DNA of 63,569 bases, filler included, from Reticulomyxa filosa (GCA_000512085.1; 18 parts of 18 records of this genome joined end to end with filler, not necessarily neighbours in it); one strand, 5' to 3'. Shown: positions 1 to 12,360, counted from the whole stretch's first letter. The notes: a model not told the origin generated them from the sequence alone. Numbers and translations are program-made.

Positions 1-1008
1 TCATATCGTGTGTCCCAATGGAAAATGTTGAATGGAATATGTCAATGTCTCGCAGCAATAATTCGAAATATTGCAAAGAATTTATTTGCGTCATCAACGT
101 AGGTGGGACACAAGTTTCTGGTGCTTTACCATGCCAACAATTGTCCGCAAAGATTATATCGAACTGCAATATACAGACTCCAATGAGCAAGGTGCTAATT
201 TTATAAACAGATCACAATAATGAAACGCAGGATATTGGACAATCGTATCAAAACTGGTCGTGTGCGTGCGCATATGCACAAATTTGGATCTTGAATCATG
301 CTCGTGCTGATGGGAGGAATCGTAAGCTCGCAGGCAACATTGAACATTGATAATTTGTAAATAGAGATATATTATTGCATTTTCTGGCTCCATCAATGCA
401 AGGGTTGTGTGCTTTGCGTTTGTTAAAAGAGTACCTATAATCGTTGCTGAACTGTCTCCGGGAACATGTTGAACGGCACTCAAGAAAGCAAGCAAGAAGA
501 CTTCACTCATCGGATTGTTAATCCAAAAATTGTTGAATGAAGACATTGGTAATGGATGCAAGAGTTTCCAACAATGACAATCATCCAAGGTCAAATTGTA
601 TATCTCATTACAATTTTGACGATAGTGAATGAATTTGGTATTTAGAAAATATTCATTGTGTATGACTGCATTGAAACAATCGAAGAGTGATAGGAAAATA
701 TGAAAAAAGCTTGGCAACAAAGAATTATTGCATAAAGACCAGATCAAGATCAATTTAAATAAGAGTTGCACCATTTGGAAATATCCCCTCCTCCAACTTT
801 GCAAAACATTCGACCAGTGAACGGAAGCAATGATGAAATATTTTTGGACGATATCAAAAAAAGCAATTGAAGACAAAGAACGAGAAAGCAAGGAAGAAGC
901 AGAAGTGAATAATGATGAGGACGGAGACAAAGACAGAAAAGTCGAACATAGATGCGCAAAAATCATAGTGGGGCTGTTGGCGATCGAGTTCGAGTTTTGG
1001 GAAACAAA

Positions 1009-1108
1009 NNNNNNNNNNNNNNNNNNNNNNNNNNNNNNNNNNNNNNNNNNNNTTAATTAATTAANNNNNNNNNNNNNNNNNNNNNNNNNNNNNNNNNNNN
1101 NNNNNNNN
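1009..1108. other. Artificial contig linker N44-TTAATTAATTAA-N44. First of 17; the others start at 5592, 8726, 11301, 16456, 22403, 40561, 41964, 44468, 45883, 47334, 49253, 51650, 55573, 57755, 59266 and 62368
   Basis: Identical 100-nt spacer each time; TTAATTAATTAA places stops in all six frames; base composition changes abruptly across several linkers. Confidence 0.98.
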
Positions 1109-1630
1109 TGCAAGTGCATCAACACTTAAATATGAAAAGATGTACAGAAACACTCTTAAAGGGAAGATCTCATCGATTGGAGAAAAGTGTATATACTCAT
1201 GCAAGAATTTTTCAGTTGCTGTGACTATACTTGATTAATCCGTTTTTGTTAAGATTGTCCAGTTTTTTTTTTCGTCATTTTTTTCAAATCCTCCAAGTCA
1301 AAAAGTAATCTATCCAATACGTCCTCTTTACTGCTTTTCGTTAATTGATCTCGTAGAGCGCAATGGATATTCTGGATAGACTTCATTCGGATATTACAAA
1401 TATAAAAGTTATGACGAAGAAACTTTCTTTCTCCCTTTCTTCTTACAGCATAGAAACTGTCTGGTAATAATTGAGTTACTATATCAAAATGTAGTTTCAT
1501 TGTTGAAATATGATGAGAATTTAGATTGTGGTTGAAGCAGATATGATTACGATCAATTAAATTCAAATTGCGTTCATTGATTAAATGATTATTTAAATAT
1601 TTTCTTCATTTTTTTTTGTTTCAATAATAC

Positions 1631-1971
1631 CTTATATTATGGAATAGTTTGTTGTAATGTATCAAATGATTTTATAACCAAATCAAAATGAAATTTCATA
1701 TTTAATGTCAAATGACCGTTGAGCGCAGATTTCAAACATGAATAATTGCATCTAAATGCTCAAACCAACACTTAACCATTTGTAGACAACAAGAACTTTC
1801 AAAATGGTCATTCAGATGTTTTACTTTTCCTTTGAAATTACAACTTATAAATCTAGGCGTTTCTCCTTCTTCATGTCCTTGCTGTGCTGACACTTATAGC
1901 TGTTGTTCTTGTTCAAATTGTCGTGGACATATCATATCCAATTCATTAATGTATCATTTCGCTGATTTTGA
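1631..1971 (-). pseudogene. TRAF-type zinc-finger gene remnant
   Basis: Manual translation: K*YINELDMICPRQFEQEQQL*VSAQQGHEEGETP..CNFKGKVKHLNDHFESSCCLQMVKCWF, frameshift, then CNYSCLKSALNGHLTLNMKFHFDLVIKSFDTLQQ. In-frame stops and a frameshift. A second similar fragment (HICFNHNLNSHHISTMKLHFDIV) lies near 1475-1550. Confidence 0.75.
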
Positions 1972-4900
1972 AAATACAAACAGAAAAAGAAAAAAATGCA
2001 TTGACAATATAATAATATTTGTTCATTGAAATAAAAATAAGAATATGATTGAAAAAAATAGAATACATGAATTCACAAGATATTTCAATTTTCGTTGGAC
2101 ATAATTTGAAATGTAACAAATCAAAAATGAATGAATATAATAAAATCATCAAAAAAAAAATTGATTGAATGTCTTTATTGAAGGTGTCAAAAAATGATTG
2201 GGTGGATTTATTTCATTTGATATGTTATTGCAATTTTATGTTTTTTAACATTTTTTAATTTTGTTATCAACACTTGAACAATACATGATAATAAAACTAC
2301 GAAAACACTATATTTCATATTGTATACTTTGATATTTTTTGAAGTTTAATAAAAAGTATTCTTGTTTTAAATCTTATCCTTTTTCTTTTCATTACATAAA
2401 TATAATGTAATTATCAACATTATTTAACTTACTTTCCTTTGATACATATAATTCACTCAAATTTTATCGCTGTTTCAAACTGGGTTCCATTCCATGGTCT
2501 TTCGTCAACTGCATTGGCATTTGTACATGTTCACTTGTGAACTTGCAAGTTATTTGCCATTTGAATAACTTGAAAATAATTTTGTTGAAATTTTTTTAAT
2601 ATTGTTTTCCTGGACATTAAAATTATTGTTGGTATTGTTATTGCTACTCATATTGTTATTACTTTCATCTAAAATGCAAATTTTTTGGCTTAAAAACTTG
2701 AAGCCTGTAGGAGACATTGCAAAAGCTGAATCAATGTGAAAAAGTGAAATGTAAAACTAATGACGTGGCGCCCTGTGTGCAAACCAAAGTTTGGAAGTAG
2801 TGCAATGTTGCTTTGTTCTGTGTTGCTTTCTTTGGAAGTCATATGATGGAGATATTTTCTGGCCGTCCGAGTATAAGTCTTCGATTGATCACTCCCTCTA
2901 TTTTTTTTTGGGTGTATTTGGGGTCTTGCCTCCGGCTTTGCATTCCGCATTTTCACGTCCACTATTTATTGCTAAGGCTATACGCTTTTGTTACCAAAGC
3001 TAATCTTTTCTTCTGACAAATCACTCGATCCGGATTGGTTACATGATAACACAGTTGAGGGATGGGAGTTTAGCCGTAGAAATCCATCAACGGGACAAGG
3101 ACGAAGCCAAGAACACTTACCATGTCCTTGTTGCAATTATGATGTCCCGTTGTATTGGTTGGATTATATCGTGTAAGAATGAAATCCATATTTAATTTAA
3201 CATTTTTTAAGTGATAAAAAATATCTTTAAGAAAAATAAAAAAGCAACAAAAACCTTGTTTTTGTTTTAGGTATCAATGACAAAAGTACAACCCAAAATT
3301 TATATTAAGATAGAATTTTTTTTTTAACATTTCTAACATTGACAAAAAAAACAGACAATGGGCTGCTCTCAGCAAGAGCGTACAACATACAGTGTATTCT
3401 GACCCCAGTGTAAAAAGAGACTTGTGATGACTTATAAAATATTTATGAATCATTGCAAATTCTTTTTCACTTTTTTAGAAGAATCAAACAAAAGAAACAA
3501 ATAATGCAAATCTTCTTTGCCTGTTGCAAAAATGCATATGAAAGGGAGGAACAGTGTGTAAAGATATTTCAAAAAGCCCAATGGACAGCCATTACCTTAA
3601 AATAATTGCAATCGTTATGGCACATTTTATTATTATTATTTTTGAGAAATTGTCTAAGACAACTTTCTCCAGCAATCAATGGTTTACTGTCTTTGTATTG
3701 TTTACAAATAATTTTAATTGGATCGTTGCAACTTTTTTGCGAAACTGGCAAAGGAGAATGTCTAATTTATCTTTACTGTTCATTTTTAATATCCAATTCT
3801 GATCAAAACAGGAACTGGTAAAAGACCCTGGAATTACTTCAAAATAATCAAAGTAAACTTACAAACAAAAATTGAAAAAAATGAAACAATAAAAAAAATT
3901 GAAAAAAATAAAACTATATTATAATTCTACGAAAGTACTATTTTTTTTTTTGTTAATTACTACATATTATAATTTAATTTTTTAAAAAATTTTTTGAAAT
4001 TATTGTCATTATGTTTATACTTGAAAAAGATTTAAATTATTTTTTTAAAAAAATGAAGTGTTAATTTTTTTTCTTTAATTAATAGTATATATTTCATTTA
4101 TTTATGTCTTTTATTTGTTCAATCAGTTTAATATGAACACAATTTAATTTAATGCACAGTATTAGTTTGTTGCTATGTTAAAATATATATCATTTGACTA
4201 TTTTTTAGGCTAATTGTAAAAATCATAAGTTGTCACAACAACTTGTATACAGATCATTGAAAACACTTTTTTGTCGGAAAAAACACAGGATTCAGATAAT
4301 ATATATGCACATAGTGTTTTCTTTTAATACTTTTAGAAAAATGTTATATTGTTACTGTATAATTGTAAAATACTGAAATTATTTTTCCACATAATTTGTA
4401 TAATTATATAAAATTGAAATAAATATTCATAAAACTTAAGAAAAAAAGTTCCAAATATCAAGTTAGCAATGCAAAGATTCACTTATTTACCTAAAGAAAA
4501 TGCAAAGTGCATTAACTATAGCAAATGCTTTTTATCATGATAATATGTCTGTTTCATTCTTGTATGAAAAATACATATTTTGAAATCTACTAATAGATAT
4601 GACGCATCGTTCTCATTTTTGCAAAATCGTCCAACGTAGAATAAACTTTTACTCGATACAGTTGAGATTTCAAAAGATATACCAAAAACACACTTTTGTA
4701 GAACTCGGAGAGTACCACCAGGTCCGCGCTATCGCGACTCAATAACTCCTTTCCATTTGCGAGAAAACTCAATTATATGTCACTTTTGAAAATGGCTATT
4801 GTTTTAAATCTGAGTTTTTGTTACCATGACTCCACTGATGAAAAAAATTAGTTTCGTTTTTCTACAAAATCATCAAAACCATTCTTGTTTCAAGTAATAA

Positions 4901-5778
4901 ATGGAATAAAGCAAATAAAGTAATGCCATTCGCTATATGCACAAAATATTATCTGATTATAAACATGTTGGGTGAATGAGTCAATTTGATTACAATTCAA
5001 GATGACTCTATTTTGTTAATTGATAAATATTTCTATCATTTGTAATAAGCTTATTCCAAAAGATTCATTATTCCCTAAAATTATCTATATCCCCTTCGTC
5101 AAATAGATGTGCCAGAATTTTGCGCTCATCACGCTGTACTCTTTATTTTGTTTGCAGAAGTTATCATGATCATTGCAAATATTCATCAATAATTGGTACG
5201 ATTCAAATATGATTTTACAATCGAATGAAGAGATAAAATTAGAAGATATGATAATGAATAAAATCGAAATTACAATCTATAGCATTAAACTGTATGTACT
5301 GAATATCAATGTAAAATTTCAGTATCGAATATTTTTAAAAAAAAGTTACTGTAATTGAAAAATAATGTTGTATTTTACAAATGCAGGAATACACATTTTT
5401 TTATCAAACATCACACAACTAAAAACTTTGTTAAATCTCACGCAATATGTCTTTTTTCTCTCTAAGTTTTTCAAAATAGTCTTGTCGATTATAATCATAC
5501 TTTTTTTTACTTCTAAGAAGAACCTTTTCCATGTATGTGCCCCTTTTAAAAAATCAAAACTGCTTCATAGTTCCTCAATGTATAACATGAGNNNNNNNNN
5601 NNNNNNNNNNNNNNNNNNNNNNNNNNNNNNNNNNNTTAATTAATTAANNNNNNNNNNNNNNNNNNNNNNNNNNNNNNNNNNNNNNNNNNNNATATATAAA
5701 AGAATTTTCCAAGAGAATAAAGAATTTTCTTTTTTCCCCCTTCTTCTCCAATTTCTACTCCAAAAAAAAGTTTTTTTA

Positions 5779-5889
5779 GTCATGAGCCCGCGTTTCTGAA
5801 AATCCTATATCAAAAAAGTTTTTACTCCAATTTTTCCAGAGTCATGAGCCCGAGTTTTTGCAGATTAGTCTACAGAAAAAACTTTACTC
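5779..5889 (+). repeat. Imperfect ~62-bp direct repeat, two copies starting GTCATGAGCCCG; followed by three TACAGAA-containing units at about 5905-5935
   Basis: GTCATGAGCCCG at 5779 and 5841, each followed by similar GTTT..AAAAA..TTTACTC sequence. Confidence 0.7.
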
Positions 5890-6032
5890 TTTTTCAAAAA
5901 TAATTACAGAAATGCTACAGAAATGTTACAGAAGTTTTATGAAAAATCAGTTTTGGGAAATGCTGCACAAGTTGAAAATAAACAAAAATACTTAAGTTTT
6001 TCCAAAGCCAAAACAAACAAACAAACAAAAAA

Positions 6033-7405
6033 TCACTCTTCTCTTCTCCTTTGTCTGGGAGGTTGGTTTTCTTCGTTCTCCTCCTCTTCTTCTTGGGCGG
6101 CTTCGTCGATTAGATCTCCCAACCTTCTTCTTTGAATGCGGGCTCGAATTGGAGCATTCGGAACAACAGGTTGCTCCCGAAGAACGCTCGGGGAAGGAAG
6201 ATAATTCCTCACACCTGTATAACGAGACTCGATGAACTCTCCGTGCTCGTCCTCCATAACATCATCTCGAGCTGGCACCGACGGCGAAAGCTCCGATGAT
6301 GACAACTCTGCATTCGACAGAGCAACTAATCTTGCTCGTTCATTTTCCAATACCGCGGGTAATTCCGGAGGTTCAGGCAATACAACCACTTCCTCGAAAA
6401 AATGGTCGGGCTGTGGACGAGGTTCATTAACCACAGCATTCATTTGGCGCTGGAGAGACTCTCTTGCGCGTCGTAAAAATTCTTCTGCACTCTCTCTTAC
6501 TTGATCGTTGCTAATAAATTCAACACTACTCCTAATTGTAGGGAAACGCGACCAATCGACCGCTGAATAATCGTCGTCACCTCGGTCCACCAACCCCCAG
6601 TTATTAACAATGGGGACAAAACCATACATACTACTAAAGCCAATAATTTCATTACACAAAATCGCCCCACAGTTACAAATCTGCGGAGCACGACAATGTG
6701 GACAACGATTGGATCGAGCTTCATGCACCGCGCGATCCCAACAACGGACACACAAATGATGTCCACAGCTTAAGATCCTTTCTCTGACGTCTTCCAAATT
6801 ATAGTCTTGACAGCAGATTGAACACCCAGTCGCTTCAAAATTATTCAACAATATCAAATTTGTATCCAACACATTTGACACTCCCAACTGTAATGCTTGG
6901 ACGATGTTATTCAAGCGCAATCTCTCAGCATCCAAGCGAGCAATGGCTCTTTCCACTAAACTTACCATTCGTTGACGCGAATCAATGAGAGCTCGATTTT
7001 CCTGGCCGGGCGGCAACTGCTGAGCGAATCCAATAGAATCCCCAACAATCCTGAATGGTTCACCAGGTTCGACCTCCATCAAACGATCAGCAAAAACATC
7101 CGCCATGCCAATACCATTTCCTGGGACATGGACATTGTCCACCACATCAACACTTAAACCTATGCACAACAAACAACAAACAACAAACAACAAAACTTTA
7201 GTATACGTATAGACACATCACCACAGATAAACAAACAAAAAAACATACCGTTGGAAAGAGCTGGTGGGTCTTCGCTCTTAAAATCTTTCTCGTCTTTCTC
7301 CTCCTTATGCTCGGCGAGGTTGGTTTGAGCGACACCAACTGTGAGGTCCATCACCTCATCATCGCTCTCAACCAAATCAACAAAAGCAACATTATTCAAA
7401 GACAT
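6033..7405 (-). CDS. C3HC4 RING-finger E3 ubiquitin ligase with N-terminal SUMO-interacting-like motifs; 2 exons (7405-7249, 7159-6033), about 427 aa
   Basis: RING: CSICCQDYNLEDVRERILSCGHHLCVRCWDRAVHEARSNRCPHCRAP. An 89-nt GTATGT...TACTAA...CATAG intron (7248-7160) joins two ORF-track ORFs in frame. N-terminus MSLNNVAFVDLVESDDEVMDLT. Confidence 0.85.
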
Positions 7406-7627
7406 TACTTCAATATTACGTTGAAGCAAGTTGAAAAGCAAGCAAACAATAAAAAGATGAAGATTAAACAACAAAAAACTGAAACGACAAGTGAACTAAA
7501 ACTTTTCTAGCTCTCTAGTTACCCTGGGATCCCCCTTCGTTCAAAAAACCAGAAAAGTGGAAAATAAGTTCTCCACAGACCACTGAGCACAAAACCCCAT
7601 TATTTCAACAAACCAAACTCAATTCAA

Positions 7628-8263
7628 CACAGGACCTTAATTTTCGTCTCTTTATATATATTAAGCTTGGTCCCCCTGCATTATATATAATAAGAGACGG
7701 GAAGTCAGGTCCCAGGTCAATTTCAAATACTAATCCTTACTTTCTTTCTTATTCACATTCGTAACTATTTTCAAAACACTATTGCCCGATAGGTCCTTAG
7801 AATAAGGACTCAGCTCATATGAGTTTTGAGTCCTGAGTTTGCGTCTCTAAAACTTGATAAGGATCCAGGTTAATAAATTACCATAGGAGGAATTTTTATT
7901 ATATAATAAGAGACACAAAGTAAGGACTCGCGAACCGTGGACCCCGCACTCCGCCCCTATGGAACCCGGGTCCTTAAAAGCCGTCTCTTATTATATAATA
8001 AAAATTCATCCTATGGTAATTTATTAACCTGGATCCTTATCAAGTTTTAGAGACGCAAACTCAGGACTCAAAACTCATATGAGCTGAGTCCTTATTCTAA
8101 GGACCTATGGACCCATGAGTGTTTTAAATAAGAAAGGTACAGTTATATTTTGAAGGATTGGTAATGTATATTAACCTGGGACCTGACTTCCAGTCTCTTA
8201 TTATATATAATGCAGGGAGAAAGTGCTTAATATATATAAAGAGACGAGAACTAAGGTCCTGTG
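7628..8263. repeat. Large nested inverted repeat: inner arms 7789-7914 and 7983-8108 (126 bp, one mismatch seen), outer arms about 7628-7738 and 8153-8263 (more diverged), 68-bp GC-rich spacer
   Basis: Direct reverse-complement comparison, e.g. ATAGGTCCTTAGAATAAGGACTCAGCTCATATGAG... versus ...CTCATATGAGCTGAGTCCTTATTCTAAGGACCTAT. Confidence 0.97.
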
Positions 8264-8475
8264 AAAAGTTTATGATGAGATGTGAATGCGAAAAAGCGAG
8301 TTATGTATATTTGAATGATTGAATAATGTGCAAATGAAGACTATGTATGTTTTTGTTGATGATTTTCTAGAACCTTATTTTAGAGTTTTGAAAAAAAGTT
8401 CATATAGATTTTTCATGTTTCGTTATCTTTTTTGTTGTTTTGTTTTGTTTTGTTTCTTGTTTAAACTTTTTGACA

Positions 8476-8670
8476 ATGAGTTCGCAAACTCCTTTGGAAT
8501 CAGCAACAAATTTATTGTTGAATCGGACTTCAGCGGAAATTTCGGACTTAAATGTCCACTTTTCGTACCAATTTGTAAAAGTTGGGGACGTAACAGTAGG
8601 ACCACGAATTCAAAACAATTGCATGCTATTTGACAATCTAAAAATATTGGACCAGTCTAAGACGTCTTAA
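8476..8670 (+). CDS. Short hypothetical ORF diverging from the palindrome (possibly the 5' part of a longer gene)
   Basis: ATG after a T-rich leader, MSSQTPLESATNLLLNR...; start codon roughly mirror-symmetric to the RING gene ATG; no recognisable domain. Confidence 0.35.
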   Translation: MSSQTPLESATNLLLNRTSAEISDLNVHFSYQFVKVGDVTVGPRIQNNCMLFDNLKILDQSKTS

Positions 8671-8850
8671 AAAAAAATAAAATCAATAATCGTACTTTTA
8701 ACTGTCAAGACTACAAATGTTAGCANNNNNNNNNNNNNNNNNNNNNNNNNNNNNNNNNNNNNNNNNNNNTTAATTAATTAANNNNNNNNNNNNNNNNNNN
8801 NNNNNNNNNNNNNNNNNNNNNNNNNAAATTGGAAATAGTATTCATATGGA

Positions 8851-10155
8851 ATGCCTCCGCGGAGACCCTTAATGTACGAGAATGCAATGATGGCACCATA
8901 TAACTCAAGAATGCAAAAAGGGTTTCAAATGAAGGCGCGAGACAATCCACCGCAATCGACGGATGTGTATGTACATCGGAGTGCGAACTGCAAGCAATGC
9001 CTGAGATGTACAGGACCCTATGGGCACGCATCGAACCACAGGATATTTTCGAACGCGAGTCACGACGCGTCACAAGGAGGGAAGCGCGGACAAAGCCGAG
9101 CGAGCCGAGCGCATGAGTTGATGATACGCGCGAGCAAAGTGTCAAAAAAGAGACCTAAAAAAGAGGAATCGTCGAAAGAAAGTACAGAGAGCAGCGATTG
9201 GATAGCGAAGAGTAAAAGCAAGAGTAAAAGTGATAGCGACAGCGATAGTGGCAGTGAAAGAGAAAGAGAAAGTGATACGAGTGGCCATTCGAGCGAAAGT
9301 AGTCGAAGTAGTCGAAGTAGTCGAAATAGTCGAAGCAGTCGAAGTGGCAGAAGTAAAGAAAAAGGGAAAGAAAAAGAGAAAGAAAAAGAAAAAGGAAAAG
9401 GAAAAGGAAAAAGAAAAAGAAAAAGAAAAAGAAAAAGATACAAAAGTATCCAATGTCGTCAATCCAAGTAAAAAATGGGACGACGTCATTGAATCATATG
9501 AATGGGGCAAAGGAGAAAAAAGAGCAACTGCCAACGCAAATGCAAACACAAACACAAAACACAAAAACAAAACAAACAACAATTACAATCACAATCACAA
9601 TCAAGTCCCTCAGCAAAAGTACATTCATCGAACGTGCAACAGAGCAATCGAGCGCATGTTCAATCAGCAGGGAAGACCTTGCCCTTGCAATTGCCTGCGA
9701 AAGCACACGCCACATCGTCCTCTTCGGCGATGCCGTGCAACGGCAACTGCACGACTTGCACGCACACAAAGTCCAGCGCGTGCAATGGCGAAGGAGCCGC
9801 TTCCGTCGAGTCCAAGTCCAGTCTCACAAAAAAGAGAAAGCGCGCTCGAAAAGCAAAGCACACCGGACATAGCCACGACACTAACAGCGTGGGCGTCACA
9901 CCGTCTGTGGGAAGTATGACTAATTCACCGGCAATGGAAAGCATTCGAGGATACCCCCTGCCTCCAGTGATGACAACGACAGCAGCAACAACTCCTTCTT
10001 CCTCTTCTTGTGCATTCACCACCCCACGTGTCGATAGCGTGGACGTCGTGGCGACAGGTCTAACAAAGCACAGAGGCAATAGTCTAAGCACATCACCATT
10101 GTCACAACGAGGCATTGTGAATGGTTTAATGAATGAACATAAACATAGTAATAAC

Positions 10156-10202
<47 letters not shown>

Positions 10203-10643
10203 TAAAAATAAAGACAAAAACAATCGAAATGCATTTGCTCGTGTGCCCATGCGAGAGACTCACAAAAGTGATAGCAATCCCAGCGCTCATGGCTTAAACG
10301 TCAATGCCAAACCGTTTAACTTTAAGAATTCGTTCCACGGCAACAACAACAACGACGACGACGACGACGACGACGACACGGCTGCGAAAGTAGCGCCGAT
10401 TGTGCCCATCCCATCGTCTTCCAAGTCTTCCAATACGCCAACCACCATTTCCGCGAGCGATTTCCAAAGCAACGATCTTTCTTCCTCCGTCGCCACTCTT
10501 CCTTATGTCTCTATTTCGCCGGGACATTGCGCGATTGGCCGACAGCGACAAACGGGGCAGTGCAAGAGCGGTAAAGACACTCCCGAAAGAAGAGTAGGGG
10601 GGATTGTCGGAAGCAATGCAAACTACAGACAAGGAATGGGCAT

Positions 10644-10690
<47 letters not shown>

Positions 10691-11300
10691 GTAATACTAA
10701 TGGCAATGGCAGTGGTGATATCGAAGCGTTTGACACATGGGTTGGAAGTGGACTTATGACAGCTCTTGCAGAAAACTTGACGTATGTTGCCATGGACAAA
10801 CATTTAATCCATTTGCCGATAGATGTAATGAAAAATGAAAACCCTCTTCGAAGCTCTTTGTTGTCGTCGTCATCGCCGTCCATTTCAGCAGCGATGGACA
10901 ATGACAATGACAATGACAACGACAGCGATACTGGAAGCAGCGTGCACTCCAATTCCGATCCCAACTCTGGACATGCCAACACTACTACCACTGACTCGCA
11001 TGCCATGTACGAACATGAAAAACACAGACACACCTTTTCCAATGCTATGCACGACCCACACTCCTCTGCTTCGATGCATTTGCTCCCTCGTGCAAATACC
11101 TTACATAATGCTTCGTTATACTCGGGGCCCACCGACTTGGGAATGTCGCCATTTCCAGACGGTGGCTTGTTTAATGACAACAACAACAACAACAACAACT
11201 TGGGTGCACAACAGCATTCCAATAGACGAACCTGGAACACTTGTTCAACTCATCCGAGTTATATCAACCAAGTCTTACCTGAGACTTCTGGTAAAAATGC
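8851..11300 (+). CDS. Large low-complexity (Ser/Lys/Asn-rich) protein with a PAM2-like motif; partial, with two apparent frameshifts in simple repeats
   Basis: Overlapping ORFs 8851-9471, 9230-9919 and 9502-contig end chain together across A-rich microsatellites; poly-N and poly-D tracts; LNVNAKPF at 10294-10317. Confidence 0.65.
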
Positions 11301-11437
11301 NNNNNNNNNNNNNNNNNNNNNNNNNNNNNNNNNNNNNNNNNNNNTTAATTAATTAANNNNNNNNNNNNNNNNNNNNNNNNNNNNNNNNNNNNNNNNNNNN
11401 ACTAAGTTCCTTTCGTATTACACTTAGTCTTCTCACA

Positions 11438-11911
11438 AATCACAAAGGTGAGTCCACATATGGTGGAAAGTTTCACATGGTACCAGATGTAAAATTGCAA
11501 TTTGTAGGAAAAGACGAGAAAATGCATGAGTCGTTGCATGAGTACAAATGTACTCTACAAAAACAACTTCAACTTGTTATGGATGGAGCATTATCGGCGC
11601 AAAAGAAATATAATCGCAAGCGTATACGATATGAAAACAAAAACAAACATAAAGATAATTTTGAAATAGGCGATTCGGTCCTATTATTCGTAGGGGACCG
11701 GATAGTAGGTAACAAATCAAAATTGTTGCCGAAATTTGTTGGCCCTTATACAATTATTCAACGCATGGGTCTAGTAACTCTTAAGATCAAGAGCGAACAT
11801 GGTTTTGAAAAGGCTGTGCAAGTGTCGAAGTTGCGGAAGCTGTACATTGAAAATGAAAACAAAGAATCAGAAACATTGCACGAACAAAAACTTCCTCAAT
11901 TGAACCAATAA
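11438..11911 (+). mobile_element. Ty3/gypsy LTR-retrotransposon integrase C-terminal remnant (GPY/F module)
   Basis: ITKVSPH, frameshift, YGGKFHMVPDV...AQKKYNRKR...FEIGDSVLL...KLLPKFVGPYTIIQR...VQVSKLRK; typical end of a gypsy integrase. Confidence 0.85.
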
Positions 11912-12254
11912 CAAGTCAAACCCGCTAGTGGAACAGGCTGATCCGTTACTACCATTAGAAACAATCGATAAGTTACATCAATCATTAGAACCATTAAACG
12001 AGTCACCCTCACCATTGGAATCATTGAATAATGTCGATGAAGTGGTAGTCATAGAACGTAAAAAAGATAATAAACAAATAAACGAACACATTAGCGACAA
12101 TTGTCATGTAACAGACGAGTAAAGTCAAAAAAAAAACATAATATTCTTATGTTCGGATGTTCGTCGATATTACTTTTGGACTTTTCTCAAGCCACTAGCT
12201 TTTGAAGCTTTGGATGATAATATTAAAAAGTTTTGTTTTGTTTTTTTTTATCTT

Positions 12255-12360
12255 TTATTTATTTAATTTACTTTTGTTTTGCCGAAAACCAGTTTCTTTT
12301 TGAGTAAACCTTTTTGTATTACATTTAGTGCAGTCTCTTATCAGCAGCACCTTTATGCAG
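12255..12360 (+). mobile_element. Degenerate LTR-like segment downstream of the integrase, related to the element at 20740-20969
   Basis: Shares TTTAATTTACTT...GAAAAyCAG...TTTGAG...TTTTGTATTACATTTAGTGC...CTCTT with about 20875-20951. Confidence 0.55.

Noticed and set aside
1-1008. 270-aa minus-strand ORF 154-966
   Set aside because: No recognisable motif; the plus strand looks like a decayed coding sequence with many stops; family not assignable
9060-11240. Long antisense and alternative-frame ORFs (poly-L, poly-Y, FS repeats)
   Set aside because: Shadows of microsatellites in the real coding strand; the same applies to shadow ORFs on the GC-rich contigs
11478-11487. TGGTACCAGA as a tRNA-Met primer-binding site
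   Set aside because: It lies inside integrase-coding sequence (SPH..YGGKFHMVPD), so it is likely coincidental
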